The translations under genes and the position numbers were made by a program. A DNA stretch of 64,000 bases, taken from Rhizodiscina lignyota (Eukaryota). The notes under the pieces were generated by a model. It was not told where the DNA came from, ran no database searches, and worked only from the letters and a program-made list of their open reading frames with translations. Shown here piece after piece: positions 14,064 through 26,407 of the stretch. How positions within the stretch are numbered: position 1 is the stretch's first letter; each line of letters begins with the position of its first letter. The stretch lies in the NCBI GenBank assembly GCA_010015805.1, contig ML978124.1:1240001-1304000 (forward strand), in the 5' to 3' direction.

Positions 14064-14840
14064 GCTGAAAGAGTGTAATACAATCAAGCTTTACTATCTA
14101 ACACTGCGGGAGAAAGCTCGGTAAAGGTTCAAGTCTACCGAGTTTGTAGATCTCCGAATTCTCTTGCCACTAAGTCAAAGGTGATGAGGAGGCTCTGTTC
14201 ATAAATGAACTAAAGGATCAACGGCGTTTCGATTTGAATATAACCATCCTTTTGTACTTTGAGATGACAGGCGGAGCTTGACAACGATTTGTGTAGCCAT
14301 CTTTTTGGGCCTTCAGATGGTAGGTGAAGGTTGACAATGGTTATTGCGGCCACCGATTGCCGCCGGCAAGAGCATCATTGAAAGTTCGGTTTGGTATACC
14401 TCGGTCAGTGATTGTCAAGGTTATACAGCTTTGAGATGTTCTCACTGCTGGTCTTGAGGGTGACAAAATGTTCGACTGCCGGACAGTTTGTAACGTCTCA
14501 TGTTGACCATATCTTGTACTTCATCGTAAGCGAGAGCGTATCCGAAAGTTAAATTCTGCGCTCCTCAGAGTATATATAACTGTAACAACACCATTGGGAA
14601 CTTGTCTGCTATCAAGGCCCAAGGGTTACAAGATAGCTGACCCCGATGAACGCTGAAAGGGTGCAGAAAGTACAAGTGCTGCTATTCGGCTTCGGGGAGA
14701 GCATCGTTGAAAGTTCAACTCGGGATACCTCGGCAGGTGTTTATCAAGACTTCACGACTTTGATAAATCTCATTCATCTTTACTATAGCGACAGTGCGCC
14801 TCGACTGCCGGGCATATTGGAGTTATCTGTCAACTTTGAC
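14064..14840. repeat. Highly degenerate direct repeats (2-3 copies, ~260-330 bp spacing)
   Basis: gagcatcattgaaagttc...gtatacctcgg (~14370) vs gagcatcgttgaaagttc...gatacctcgg (~14699). tcgactgccgg at ~14472 and ~14801. gctgaaag.gtg at ~14064 and ~14652. Confidence 0.5.
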
Positions 14841-15604
14841 GCAAGGCTACGAGCAGTCGAGGACGACGAAATTGAGCGGCTGTAGTACGAAGGATTTTTG
14901 CTCTTCCACATAGGCGACAGCATCTCCGAAGGCATGAATTAACATAATCTAGGCAGTGTTTATCAGCGATATACGACTTGAACGAGCATAAGCTCTAGAA
15001 AAGAAAGAGGATGTGAGGTAGTTGATCTCAACGAAGTCGAACGGATGCAATCTATATGAGCTCTACTCTAGAACACAGGCGAGAGCATCTATGAAAGGGT
15101 GATTTAACATACGTTAGGCAGTAGTAACGACGAGAGTACGGCTTTAACAAACATAAGCTCAAGTAAATGAAAAGGATGTGCGTCCCGACTCTCTACAGCA
15201 TCGCAGTCATGACTAAGCAGTTCCGCTACCATCACGTGAAGCCAGTTCACGTGAGTAACAGTCACATGAGAGATTATGTAAGGAGCTTTATTTGTATGAA
15301 CTTTTGTATTGTCTATCAAACTATCGGATTTTCCCAGAAGAAGGTTGATCCAACTCCAAAAAGGAGTCGAACCAACCTTCCCCGGTACTCTGTCCGCCCG
15401 CAACAAACCCAAACCCAAACAACAAGAGAACAAAAAACAAAACAAAACAAAACGCCAAGTTCGCCGGCCGCCATGCCGGGGTATCCGCAGTCGTGGAAAC
15501 GTCACTCGTAAAAAACAAAAGAAAAAAACAAAGGAAAGAGCCGGGAGGGAGGACCAGGAGGAAGGAGCCAACGGGGGGAGCCAGGGGAAGCAGCCAGGGA
15601 GCGC

Positions 15605-17813
15605 CTACGCGCGGCCGTAGAAATGGGCCGGCGTCTGCGTCGCAGACGACGGGAAGGGCGACGCTGGGGGCGGGCTGATCGGGCTAGGACCAGAGCCCAT
15701 GCTCTGGTCCGTCGAACCACCACGAATGGTGGTCGACCCGCTCCAGCTGCTGCTCGGCAGCGTGCTTGCCGTGTTGGTGCCCTGCGGTGGCGGCGGTGGC
15801 GGGAAGTGCTCCCGGTGGAGAGAGTGCTGGCCAGGATTGTATGGAAGCGGCTGCGGGAACTCCTGTGAGGAGTTCGGGTCTGGCAGCACCGAAGTCGGAC
15901 TCTGCTTGGGCGAAGTCGCAGAGTAGTATCCTTGATTAATCGGGTTCGAACCCAGCGGCTGAGGCTTCTCGTAGTGCGGAGAGTAGTATGCAGCCGACGA
16001 TCCGTTGGAACGAAGATGGTCAAGGGGGTCGAGCCGCGGAGCCTTCATGTGGGTGGTGGATTCGAAGCCATGAAGCGGACTGATTGCCTCGTCATCAGAC
16101 GGTTTTGGGTCTGTATCGGTAGGAGCCTCACAATAAGAGGTTCTCTCGGCAGACAGTTCCACGGGAGCTGGGGATCGAGGGGGCCGAGGGGGGCTGATCT
16201 TGATCTTCTTTCGTTGAGGCTTAGGGCGACGACAACGGAGGAACCAGACGAGAAATGCGATGATTATGCAGACACCCACGACACCTCCGACAGTACCACC
16301 AACAATAGCACCAGTATGGTTTGAACTTCCACCTTTGTTGCTGCCAGCGGTTGGAATGGCGCGTGTCGGAGATCTTGCTGCAAATTTCGCCTGCCGTGAG
16401 AAGTAGACGGAGAGATCGCGATTGTCCCAGGTTTGTGGGCGGATTACCGTTGCTCCACCACCAGGCCTGAATTCTTGTATTAGCAGAAGACACATACATC
16501 TTGGGATCAAGGACATATGACATACCCGCCACCAATCTTTGCAATGATCGCCTGTGGAACAACATACTCCGTGATGTTCGGCATGAAGACGTCCCACATA
16601 GCCTTGTTCGGTCCGTTCTCGCCAAGATTCAGATTGTGCGTTCCCCAGACGGTTGGAGAGTCGCAGGTGTCGGTGAGAGGAAACGTGCCGCCAATGATGA
16701 GCATTTGGGATCTGTTTATCACGTTGCATGTCATGCTATGATGTGGATTTCCTGGTCCAGGTTGAGTGGGCCACCACTTGATCCAGGTGAAAGACGGGAG
16801 CGAAAGAATCCACACGTCGTCAAAGCCGGCAGAATTTGGCTCGATATCCTCACCTCCATACAGGTAGATGTTGTATGACGTCTGGTCATCTGGCCAAGTC
16901 GCGCCAGCGCAGAAGAGTCGACGGTTTTCGGGGATATCGCCGGCCGCTGTCTGAGTGTACCACTTTGCGGATGCGATGTCGTAAATGTAAATGGTGCTCA
17001 TGTTGGAACCAACGCTGGTCCCGTTACCGTATGGATCCATGACACCGCCAAAGTAAATCAAAAGGCCGCGGTCGGAGGCTGGGATAAATACCATTACACC
17101 TTCGGCTCTTCCGACCATGTCAGGTCCAGTGTTGTTGGTAAAATCACCCGCGTCCATGTCATAGCGAATCAGCGTGCTGGTCATCTTTGGTGGTCCAACC
17201 CAGCCTGGGTCCGAGGTGTTGCTCTGATATCCACCAAGATAGTAACCAACTCCAATCTCATCAATAGCAACACCAGCACCGTTGTTGACGCGCTGAATAT
17301 CCGAATCTTGCGCGGAAGATGATAAGGTCTGATTCCACTGGTTCAGGATAATGTCGTAGCGCCAGAGCGAGAACCGACCTGGTGCTGTCTGGGACTGGCC
17401 TCCAAATTGATAGAGGTACTTGTTCACGGTATCTTGCCAAAGGATTCCGCCGGAGACGGCAGGAACGGAACTGTTGATTGACAGATTCGAATACAGAATA
17501 GGCATGCCATCATCTGTTGTGTGGTTGAGATCGTTGTAGAGGAACCAGGTGTCTAAGATCTGTGTTTAGCGAGATCGACAATGTCGTGCTATCTGATATT
17601 GGTCACAGTCAACTTACTTGTGTCATTGTGGGTATACTGTGCAAGTGGGTTCCAGTCGACCAAGCCACCTTGGATGAAGAGCTTGTTGTCAACCACAGCG
17701 GTCTGTTGACCGAAACGACGGCAAAAGTCATTCAGTGGATCGTGTTGCTGTTGCCGAGAAAGCGAAATGATAGCAGTAAATGCAATCAGCAAGCGAAAGA
17801 AGCTGTGCGCCAT
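15605..17813 (-). CDS. Kelch-repeat type I membrane protein (signal peptide, Kelch propeller, TM helix, Pro/Ser-rich tail)
   Basis: Signal peptide then DPLNDFCRRFGQQTAVVDNKLFIQGG. LYQFGG, IYFGG, IYLYGG and DDVWILSLPSFTW Kelch-like blades. GAIVGGTVGGVVG TM segment followed by RCRR. Several introns. Confidence 0.85.
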
Positions 17814-19100
17814 CGCGCTTGATGCTGTCGCGTCTGTTTTGCCAATGACATGTAGGATGCAAGAAGTAAGAGGTTCGGGCGATGGTGTTCAGAGGAAGAA
17901 GTTGTTTGAAACGCGGTGCACGAGTCGAGGTGAGCTAGCGCAGGGAGAGAAAAGGAAGCTAGAGGAAGCTACGGAGTAGCCAACACCAGCTACCCCACGC
18001 GCGAGGACAGATGGGCATGCGCAGAGGCGGGCGTAGGGTTACACAGGCGCTCAATCCCCCTGCGGCTGAACAGGCGCGCCGCGGAAGCACGTCAACACAT
18101 TCACCGTTCACTTAGCAAGACTTGACTCATTCGCCTGCCTTTTTCTGCCCTGTCGGCGCTCTCGCAGCAGTTGCACATCCGGAGCGGAGGAATGCGTGGT
18201 TGGGGACCTTCGAGCAAGGCAGCATGCAGCTGCCCCATGCGGCGCTGTATAACGCCCTCTACCCGGCAGCCAATTGGAGGCCCATTCGGGGGCCAGCGGT
18301 CGCAGGCCAGCCATTCTGCCGGGCTCTGCAGGTCAGCTCAAACACTTGCAGGCCGACGTCGAGACGACGTGAAGTAGAGGCTGTACGGCAACAGCCGGAT
18401 GGCTGACAGATGTTCGCTAACCTCTCGCTTACCAGGTGCACTTTTCGCCGGTGGAGGCGCTGTGCGACCGATCCATCGAGTTCTAGAACGATCACACGAC
18501 TCCATACCAAATTCACACCCTATGGTTCTCTTCATTCTCCTGCACTCCTGTTCCTGAACCTGCAGCCTGCAAATGCATCCGCACTGTTGATCGAGTCGGG
18601 CTGACTGACCGAGAGACGCGCATGCGCCGGGTGACGCTGTGCCACCCATTCATCGGCGAACGACTCGCTTTGGGTGCGATCGGTCCTTCACGAGCTTCGA
18701 GGTCCCGAGGCGGCAGCTCAATTGTCTTGTAGGGTGCAAATGACGTTCCGAATGACGTAACTGGGAGGTTGAGAGATTTTCTCCACGTTTCATGCTCGCG
18801 ATACGAAGACGGGACGTTGGAATAAGGCCGGACGGCGGGTGATGGCGCACTTCTCTGGCCGTAGGGCTGATTTAGCGTGGGTTTCGAAAGAAGCAACGCT
18901 CGAGCGCCATCGCTTCCATTTCCGCATTGGCCCGTGGCTCAAAGTCGATGAAGTTGGAGGTCAGATTCAAAAGGTATTGCTCTGTCAATGTCTCGTCGAA
19001 TATTACATATATATTTTAATCGAATTGTAGAACAAGAGTGGTTAAATCAATGAGTCTGCTCGATTCAAGCACGTGGACGGCTTCAACTCGGTTTCAATTC

Positions 19101-20384
19101 TCACTGGTTGTACGGTACTGCAAACATATACGCGAGCCATGATAGCATCAAGGCCTGTTCCTCTAAGCCAGCGGATTCAGCGCGCGTTGCTAAAGAAGGA
19201 CCCCACGAGTCAATCTTGTGCAATTTGCGCTCCTTCAAAAGGCGTGAGAAGCTCTCCTCGCCATCCCATGGTGCTTCTTCCTGATGGTTATGAACATTTG
19301 CTTCTGTTATAGCACCGTTTCGAACGACGACTGAGAAACCTTCTGCTGGCACAGAGGATTCCGTGATACCATTCACATTCTTGGCCTCATGTTTTGGCTT
19401 GGAAGAGATTGTAAACTGAGGAGTCTGGCCATAGATCCAATCCAGTGACTTGAGCTCCTCGTAACCCTTCTTGACGAAAGGCTCTTCCAACAACTCGTCC
19501 CCACACTCTGTCATTTGCGTCTTCTCGCCGTACATCTTTTCGAATTGCGTCTCTACGGCTCCAACGAAGGAGTCCAGGTCGACGCCGATGTTTCCAACAG
19601 GCGAGCTGACGCTCTCAACGCCCCGTGCCGTGAGGTGCTTCTTCAACGGCGATCGTAGGTACTGAGGTATGACTTTCAGATTCGGCGATGAAAGCAGACA
19701 CGTAGCATGATGTAGCGATCGCATCCTCGTGAGCTTGTATGCGGATCCAGACACTTTCAATGGTGCTGGCGCCGACTGATCATCCACTGTAAAGGGTGTG
19801 CGATGCGTATCCTTGTTTGGGACATCTTCCCGTTTCTGGGAATCGGGACCTTGATCGAGAACAATATCGTGACGCTCATTGACCCTCGCTCTTCCCACGC
19901 CCAAGCCCCTGAGTGCCCTCACAACCATTTCAGCATGCTTGTCCCTCGAGAAATTTGCTGGTGGACATATCACGCTCCAATTGATGTTCCCTTCATCGTG
20001 GAACACAGTTCCGCCACCAGACCTGCGTCTCACAATATCTATAGTCTCTAGACCAGACAGTGCTGCAATTTCACCGCTTTTGACGCCGCGCAGGCGCGGC
20101 AGGTTGATCTCTTGCCATGGGTTCTGATTGCGACCGATGACAATGCTGGGTTTGTTCTTATAGATGAAGAGGATCGTAGAGTCGGCCGAGGACTTGGAAA
20201 GCAGGTAGTGCTCGATGGAGAGATTGAGATATGGGTCGAGGGAACGAGAGATGTACGATTGGACGGGAGCCTCGAGGTTGAGCGCTCGCAGTGGGCGAGA
20301 GGAATGGAACTGTCGAGAGTGTAGCTCAAGAGATTTGCGACTTGAGATGTAGCGCAGATGAGCACATCTTGAAAAAGTGCTCAT
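19101..20384 (-). CDS. AIM22: Mitochondrial lipoate-protein ligase A / lipoyltransferase
   Basis: DPYLNLSIEHYL, IVIGRNQNPW, VRRRSGGGTVFHDEGN, KVSGSAYKL, HHATCL and WIYGQTPQF motifs. Confidence 0.9.
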   Translation of the reverse strand: MSTFSRCAHLRYISSRKSLELHSRQFHSSRPLRALNLEAPVQSYISRSLDPYLNLSIEHYLLSKSSADSTILFIYKNKPSIVIGRNQNPWQEINLPRLRGVKSGEIAALSGLETIDIVRRRSGGGTVFHDEGNINWSVICPPANFSRDKHAEMVVRALRGLGVGRARVNERHDIVLDQGPDSQKREDVPNKDTHRTPFTVDDQSAPAPLKVSGSAYKLTRMRSLHHATCLLSSPNLKVIPQYLRSPLKKHLTARGVESVSSPVGNIGVDLDSFVGAVETQFEKMYGEKTQMTECGDELLEEPFVKKGYEELKSLDWIYGQTPQFTISSKPKHEAKNVNGITESSVPAEGFSVVVRNGAITEANVHNHQEEAPWDGEESFSRLLKERKLHKIDSWGPSLATRAESAGLEEQALMLSWLAYMFAVPYNQ

Positions 20385-20974
20385 CTGGCTTTAATGCGCA
20401 ATAACTTTGAAGAGCGCAGGTTGGAATGCTTGATTCCTATTCCAGACAGCGGATCGCTGAGTGCGGAATTCTCCGCCCTTGCGGCGAGTGAATCGGAACG
20501 TCGTCTCGTCTTTTGCCCATACAATGGCCATTCGATCTCGACGACGCAGCATTTCTGAATGCAAATAGTCATCTCAAAAGTTGTAGTCATTCCAAACCTT
20601 GCGGTGAAGCTCTCGTCGTTGATTTTTGACCCTCCAATAATATTTCCTTGCTGCGTTGCGTCTCTCTTTCGTCTGTTCTGGTGTCCGACGTGAGCATCAG
20701 TCCATTCGTTTCAACCAAATAAAGAGACCGATACCGAAGATTGCATATTTCCTGTAAAAACGGTCATAAATTGTGCTCTTCATACTATTTTCTTGTGGCA
20801 TGGCAAGGGTGATGCAGAAAGATATTGGTGGAGTTTGAATTTAGGAGCAATTTCTTGAATGCGCCTGCAGAGTCTGATCAGAAAGCGTAGTACGTTATGT
20901 TGGGAAATACCCCTAGCGGGGCCATAATTATTTAAATTTAGTAAGTATATATACATCTTACCATTTACTTGCTA

Positions 20975-21110
20975 ATGCCTTCGGGCATCGGAAGAAGGGA
21001 CTTACTGATGTGGTCGAGTTTGGACCACGTTACCCAAAAATTAATTCTTGTGAGTTTAACCGAAAAGAGCAGTACACGTTAACCATTGGCAGAGAGAGCC
21101 CCTTTTTTTT
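20975..21110 (+). ncRNA. Candidate RNA polymerase III small RNA (~135 nt), family not identified
   Basis: TATATATA at 20946-20953. 5' hairpin ATGCC-TTCG-GGCAT. A-box-like TGGTCGAGTTTGG at 21011-21023. T8 terminator 21103-21110, downstream B-box AGTTCGAACC 21127-21136, second T-run 21163-21174. The 5' and 3' ends are complementary. Confidence 0.65.
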
Positions 21111-21755
21111 GCTTCTGGAGGCCGCAAGTTCGAACCACGGGTCCCTCCCCTCGTCGTTTACCTTTTTTTTTTTTGATGTAGCCACTATGTACATGGCTGA
21201 ACCGCATTTACTTAACGTCCCCAGAAAAACGCTGGATTCTATTGTTTCTAAAAGGAGCCACTGGTCCCAAATTGCATTATTTGGAACAGTCAAGTCCAAC
21301 AAGGAGCAGCAGCTCCAGCAAAGCCCCTGGAGCTGGTGATGCAGCATGTGCGGAACGATAAAGCTTGGATTACAATTATGTAGGAGTCACAATAGTTATA
21401 TTTTAACTATCCACCTCTGCTACTTAATCGTATCCGCAGAAGCGTTGTTGCGAGATTCTGTTGTGCTGACTCTTTCCTCTATTGGACGGAAAGAAAGTGT
21501 GTGCTGCTGCAATTGGACGCTCAACAAGTTACTAAGCTCATCACAGTCCCTATGTTCGAGCATCAGCCGAGCAGCGGTGCAAAGTTGCGCCGGTTTGCAC
21601 GATCAATCTTTCGTTGTTCGCTGTACTTATTATACTTTCTGCGAACATATCTTTCATCTGCAGTCTCACAACCGATAACTTCTTCCTTATTCTCTTCCGT
21701 TATCCGTCTTTCTTCTTAGCTATCCAAAACGCATATACAGAGTTGAATCACAAAA

Positions 21756-22862
21756 ATGACTTCTCGATCCACATTCGCAACGGCTGCAAAGCGTTCGCTT
21801 ATTGTCAAGCTCAAACTCTCAGCAGCTGTTCTTACAACATACGAGGACAATTCGACAAGCTCAACTCGCAAGCATTCTCTTCCGTCGGAAGGTAGTGAAA
21901 TTGCTTCATGTCGCCCATTCCCGAGAATTAAGATTGTATTCAAACGCAAGCGTGAAGACTCAGCCGAGCAAGATGCATCATCGTCCAACATCACGGGCGA
22001 GACGGGGCAAGAGCGGCCTCACAAACGCAAACGCACCAAAACCAACGCACCCGACCAGACATTGCCTCCTTTGCGCGCTTACATTCAGACTCCTGCTTCA
22101 TCTCTTGCGTTTTATCTGGCCTCTCGCTCACCCACCAACGTCTGGTCTCCACGCGATAAGACTATGTCTGCCGGCTTTTCTCAGCATGTCTCAACTGCCA
22201 TCCAGACACCAACTCCGACCATGTCTTACTGTGAAAGCTGTCACAGTCCTAAAGCCAAGCAGCTAGGCTACTGGATTCTCAATACACCCCTACCAGGCGA
22301 GAAGCGTGACGCGTCGTACCTAAGTTCTCTCTGCCCGCACAAGCTACGCCGTGCCAGGGTCATGGCTGAAGCGTACCTTGAGAGCGCGAAGAAGGAGACT
22401 TATCGGCTGGAGCAGAGCATCGAGCTCCTCCAGAAGCAGACGGCGGAGAGGGAGCTTCAGCACGTCCAGTCCTCGGCTGCTAATGTCCATGATGGCGCTG
22501 CCACGAACGCTTCCGCCATCGAGGTACCAGGCCTGCAGCCTGCAGCCTCGGCCAATGCCAACCCGTCTCATAGCAACGGCTGGCCTGCTCTGCCGGAATT
22601 TGGCCAAGTCCACCAGAATAGCCTCCGAGAGGCCGATCAACTCCACCACGACCTTACAGTTATCGACTCATTGGTGTATCTCCATGAGAAGCACCCCCGC
22701 GTCGAAGCAGCCGACTTGGCCTCCGCGATGAACAACGCCTACCGCCACAGCTACACAGATAGCTGGAGCCAAGGGTATGATGACGGCTACGACGACCGTG
22801 TGAAGTGTGGTGAGAGCGCCGAAATGCTTCTAGCAGCAGTATGTATCCTTATCGTCCGGTAG
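21756..22862 (+). CDS. Hypothetical protein with basic NLS-like patches (3' end probably spliced further)
   Basis: 368-aa ATG-initiated ORF with KRKR patches and a coiled segment. A GTATGT donor near 22839 suggests an additional exon. No recognisable family. Confidence 0.55.
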   Translation: MTSRSTFATAAKRSLIVKLKLSAAVLTTYEDNSTSSTRKHSLPSEGSEIASCRPFPRIKIVFKRKREDSAEQDASSSNITGETGQERPHKRKRTKTNAPDQTLPPLRAYIQTPASSLAFYLASRSPTNVWSPRDKTMSAGFSQHVSTAIQTPTPTMSYCESCHSPKAKQLGYWILNTPLPGEKRDASYLSSLCPHKLRRARVMAEAYLESAKKETYRLEQSIELLQKQTAERELQHVQSSAANVHDGAATNASAIEVPGLQPAASANANPSHSNGWPALPEFGQVHQNSLREADQLHHDLTVIDSLVYLHEKHPRVEAADLASAMNNAYRHSYTDSWSQGYDDGYDDRVKCGESAEMLLAAVCILIVR

Positions 22863-23352
22863 TACCGAATGTAGTCGTTACTAAAATTAAGCCAGGCTCA
22901 TGATGATGCGGACGACGACAGGCAGTACACCATGAAGGTGTGTTGCGAGCGAGACGCCGCTGTGCATCGCAATGAGGCGCTGGAGCCGGTCGAGAACTTG
23001 CTAAAGCTTGGGTACTAAGTCATCGGCCCGTGAGGAGACTCTCGCCGTCTCGAATTCACTAGTGGAGAGGCGTTATCGGCCGGAGAATGACGCTTTGGGA
23101 CATAGCGAGGAGTGCATCTGGATACACCATGCAAGGCGCACCATCAGCGCCATTTGTTTTTTGCGTTTGAGGTATGGAAATAGTTTAAAATCCTGCGAAG
23201 CAGGGTATGAAACACATCGAATTGGATGTTCAAAGCTAGTTCAAAACACGCTGCCATCTCTTTGAATAAATGAGTAGTATTTCAGCTTCAATTCCAAAAG
23301 AAGTTGACCCAGTTAATACACCTGTCCTGCCATTATGACCTCTATACCCAAT

Positions 23353-24223
23353 CTAACCTAAAACAACCGCCAGGATGATTATCGTGAGGACGACCGCCAA
23401 TATCAACAGCAAACAACACGCCTTGTTCCTCGCATTCCGCTGATGTCTCGCTGCCGTCCGTAACTCTACATCCGCGCCTCTTGTATCCGTCCTCACGCCC
23501 TCTACATTCTCGGCAATGATATCCAGCTGCTCGCCCTGCTCGTGTACCATGTGCGCCACATCCCTGAACAGCTCATTCAGCTCCCCGACGGACTGTTCGA
23601 TGTTCCGGATCTCAGACTCGCGCTCGATGATCAGCGATTCTTGGAAGTCGACTTCGTCTTGTGAGGCGAGACGCAGCTGCTCTTGCTCTTGCTGCTGTCT
23701 TTGGCCGCCGGCAGAGGGTGATTGCTCGCCGCCTTGCTCATCGAGAGCTGCGCGTGCTGCTGCGGCGGATGCGCGCTCTTTCTCGAGGGCGGCGCGTTGG
23801 AGGGATTGGAACTCTGAGAGTGAGGCTTGGAATTCGCGGTTCAGCTTTCCTTGGGTGAATCGTTGTGAAGGCTGGTACATATTAGCAACCTGCTATACCA
23901 TGGCTATGCATAGGAACGAAACGTACCCCCAAATCAGGCCACTGCGACACCCTCTTCAATCCCTCGCCGATATCCTTGAAGCTGTTCGAGGTCTCATCGA
24001 TCAGATCCCGTACTCTTTCCCGCACTCTTTCTGTCTCTCGCTTCGTCCCCAAAAGGCCGACTTGACTTGATAATCGTGACACATTTGACGTCAGTGAGAA
24101 TAGCTTGTCTGATAGCTCGGTGGTGAACTGCCGGAACTCTGGATCGTCGGCGTACGAGGGGTCGTCTTCGCGCCGCCACGTTGTAGGCTGCGATTCAAGC
24201 CTTGAAGTGTCGTCGAAAGACAT
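23353..24223 (-). CDS. PEP12: Endosomal/vacuolar Qa-SNARE syntaxin (Pep12/Vam3 family)
   Basis: Habc region, SNARE motif ERESEIRNIEQSVGELNELFRDVAHMVHEQGEQLDII and C-terminal TM anchor. Intron 23872-23926. Confidence 0.88.
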
Positions 24224-25994
24224 GTTTAGTATGTGAAGCTCGTCTTAATTACGGGAGAGGAAGAGTGGAAGTTTTAGATAGTAGATGTATGGTGCCTTGT
24301 GGGAGTTGAGATAGTCCGTGTGGCTGGTGGTTCGCATGACGACGCGGCGACGAATGACATTGGCTTGGCGCTGATACCCTTGTCCGTCCATGTTTATTGT
24401 TTTGGTATTAGCGGAACAACTCACATTATAGCTTCACTTCAAGGCCTCATGCCGCAATGCCTAGATTATGCTTCAATACAGCTACTGGTATCTCTGGAAG
24501 ATCACAGTATTGTTCTTTGATCAATCACCTCTCATTTGACGTCGTTTCAGAAGAACACGTCCTCCCGGGCAAGTTTGATTTCTTAGAGCTAGACTGATTT
24601 AAAAAAAAAAGCAAAATCATTTCTCACCTGTCAAGCACCTGCAATAATGCCTAAAACTTTATTCCCCGACTTTCTCTATTCTATACATTCCGGGTACACT
24701 CGGTATCTAACAATCTCTCCTCAGAAATCTCCGGCTGCATCTCGATAGGAACTATGAGTATGCTGCATAAGTCCTCTAGAAAAATTGACTAAAGCCAAAC
24801 GTCTGCACCCACAAACTAAAAACGATGAGAATGAGAAAGAGTTGTTACTTAACAGCAAACATTCATACTCCTGGACGTGATGGAGTACTTTTGTTGACAC
24901 GGGAATTAGGTGCCGCATAACGCTTCATGATCCCGCGATGGCCCCCAGAATGTTACTGGCTGGGCCTCTCCGTTTATCAAGAGGCCGAGATCGGTTCATC
25001 GGACCTTGGTGCAAGGACTAACATGGATCCATGCAGTTCTATCTTTGCACGTGACTCTGTCTCTTTGATTGTTTAAGTTATTCCGGCCACATGGAAACTT
25101 TGCTGCACGTAGCCCTGTCATGCGGCATGCCGCTAGGGATTAAAGCACAGTCGATCATTATCAGCTCAGCATCTCAGAAATGAAAAATTTGGTGTCGACG
25201 CCTTGCACAACCTCGAGACGAAGCCGGATGATTCAAACTGCCCTTTTAGGATTCCCAACAAAGCTATCGGGATAACCTATAGATTTATTTGCTCAACATT
25301 CTCAATATGGGTATTCCAGCTCTAGGCAAGCAGTATGCAGTCTTCGCTGTGAAGAATACGCACAAGCAAGTGCCCGTAAGAGCACGGCCCAACTGCACAA
25401 TGCAGATACAGTGCAGACCGCCTCCAAGCAATATCGACCAAGCCGGGCTGCCGGCCCAATGAATGTTCTTGTCACATTTATTGGAAAAGTAAGGAGGCTG
25501 GTAAGTGGCATTTCCATGCAGTGCTGCATGCTCGTCTGGGTACATCTACGTTTGACCAACTTTGCCTGATATTTCTACAAGTTAGCAAGCTGCGGCACTG
25601 ACCTCTTATTAGTTACACATTCGAATTGGTCTTACACCTCGTTCCGAATTCAAAGCAATGGCCGCACAACTGTAGTTTAACGGTCTAGTCTCGTGCCACG
25701 TCCGACCGCACAGTGGATTTCCGGCGTCACCCTTCCCAATCTCCTAGCAGCTCATTCTTTACTGAACCCAAGTTGTTGTCTTGCACCATTCCAGATTGCT
25801 CTCCTCTCTAACGATGACCTACTTAGATACTATGGTGTCATTCCATGCGTTCCTCTAGAGCATACTACTAACTCCATCAATCGGTAACGTCTGCACCTTG
25901 TCATGCTATAGCAGGTAAAGGGTGAAAGGGAACTTATTCATTCCAGGTCTCACACTGTTAGCAAGTGTCCTTTACTCAGGAAAACCAGTTAAAC

Positions 25995-26407
25995 ATGGTA
26001 ATATTGAATAATTCTAACAAGCCAATTAATATGTCTCTGACATTTTTAGTGCAGACTACCGGCCCGTCTGGAATCGATAAACTACGCATCGCCCAAAGGA
26101 AAAGCATAGAGACTCGTTATGTACTTCTATGGGGCGTAGACCCTTGGGAATTACCTGTAAGTAATCTGCCTGCAATCAAGCACTAGATACTATGCTAACT
26201 TCCTTCTCAGAGAAAACATGTATACATCTGGCATTGCGTACGTGGAGCCTAGAGAGCCTCTCAACAACCTATCCCTTAGATACCTAACGAGACGTCGAAC
26301 AGTGTGCGTGCGGCTACTCTGGAATCGGCATATACCTAGAGTCCTGTCCTAGATGCGGCCACTCGAGGTGCGCCAACTGTGAAACAATGAGGGTCCAAGT
26401 TCGGTAG
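25995..26407 (+). CDS. Small Cys-rich zinc-ribbon-like protein, copy 1 (~78 aa)
   Basis: Exons 25995-25997 (ATG, tentative), 26055-26156, 26211-26237 (RKHVYIWHC) and 26303-26407 (CACGYSGIGIYLESCPRCGHSRCANCETMRVQVR*). All introns are GT-AG with branch motifs. Confidence 0.75.

Noticed and set aside
18513..18896. 127-aa minus-strand ORF upstream of the Kelch gene
   Set aside because: Non-ATG start in the track, no recognisable motif and no convincing exon chain.
20975..21150. U6 snRNA or tRNA gene
   Set aside because: It has a U6-like 5' hairpin and A/B boxes, but no ACAGAGA/AGC core and no cloverleaf, and a T8 terminator lies between the boxes.
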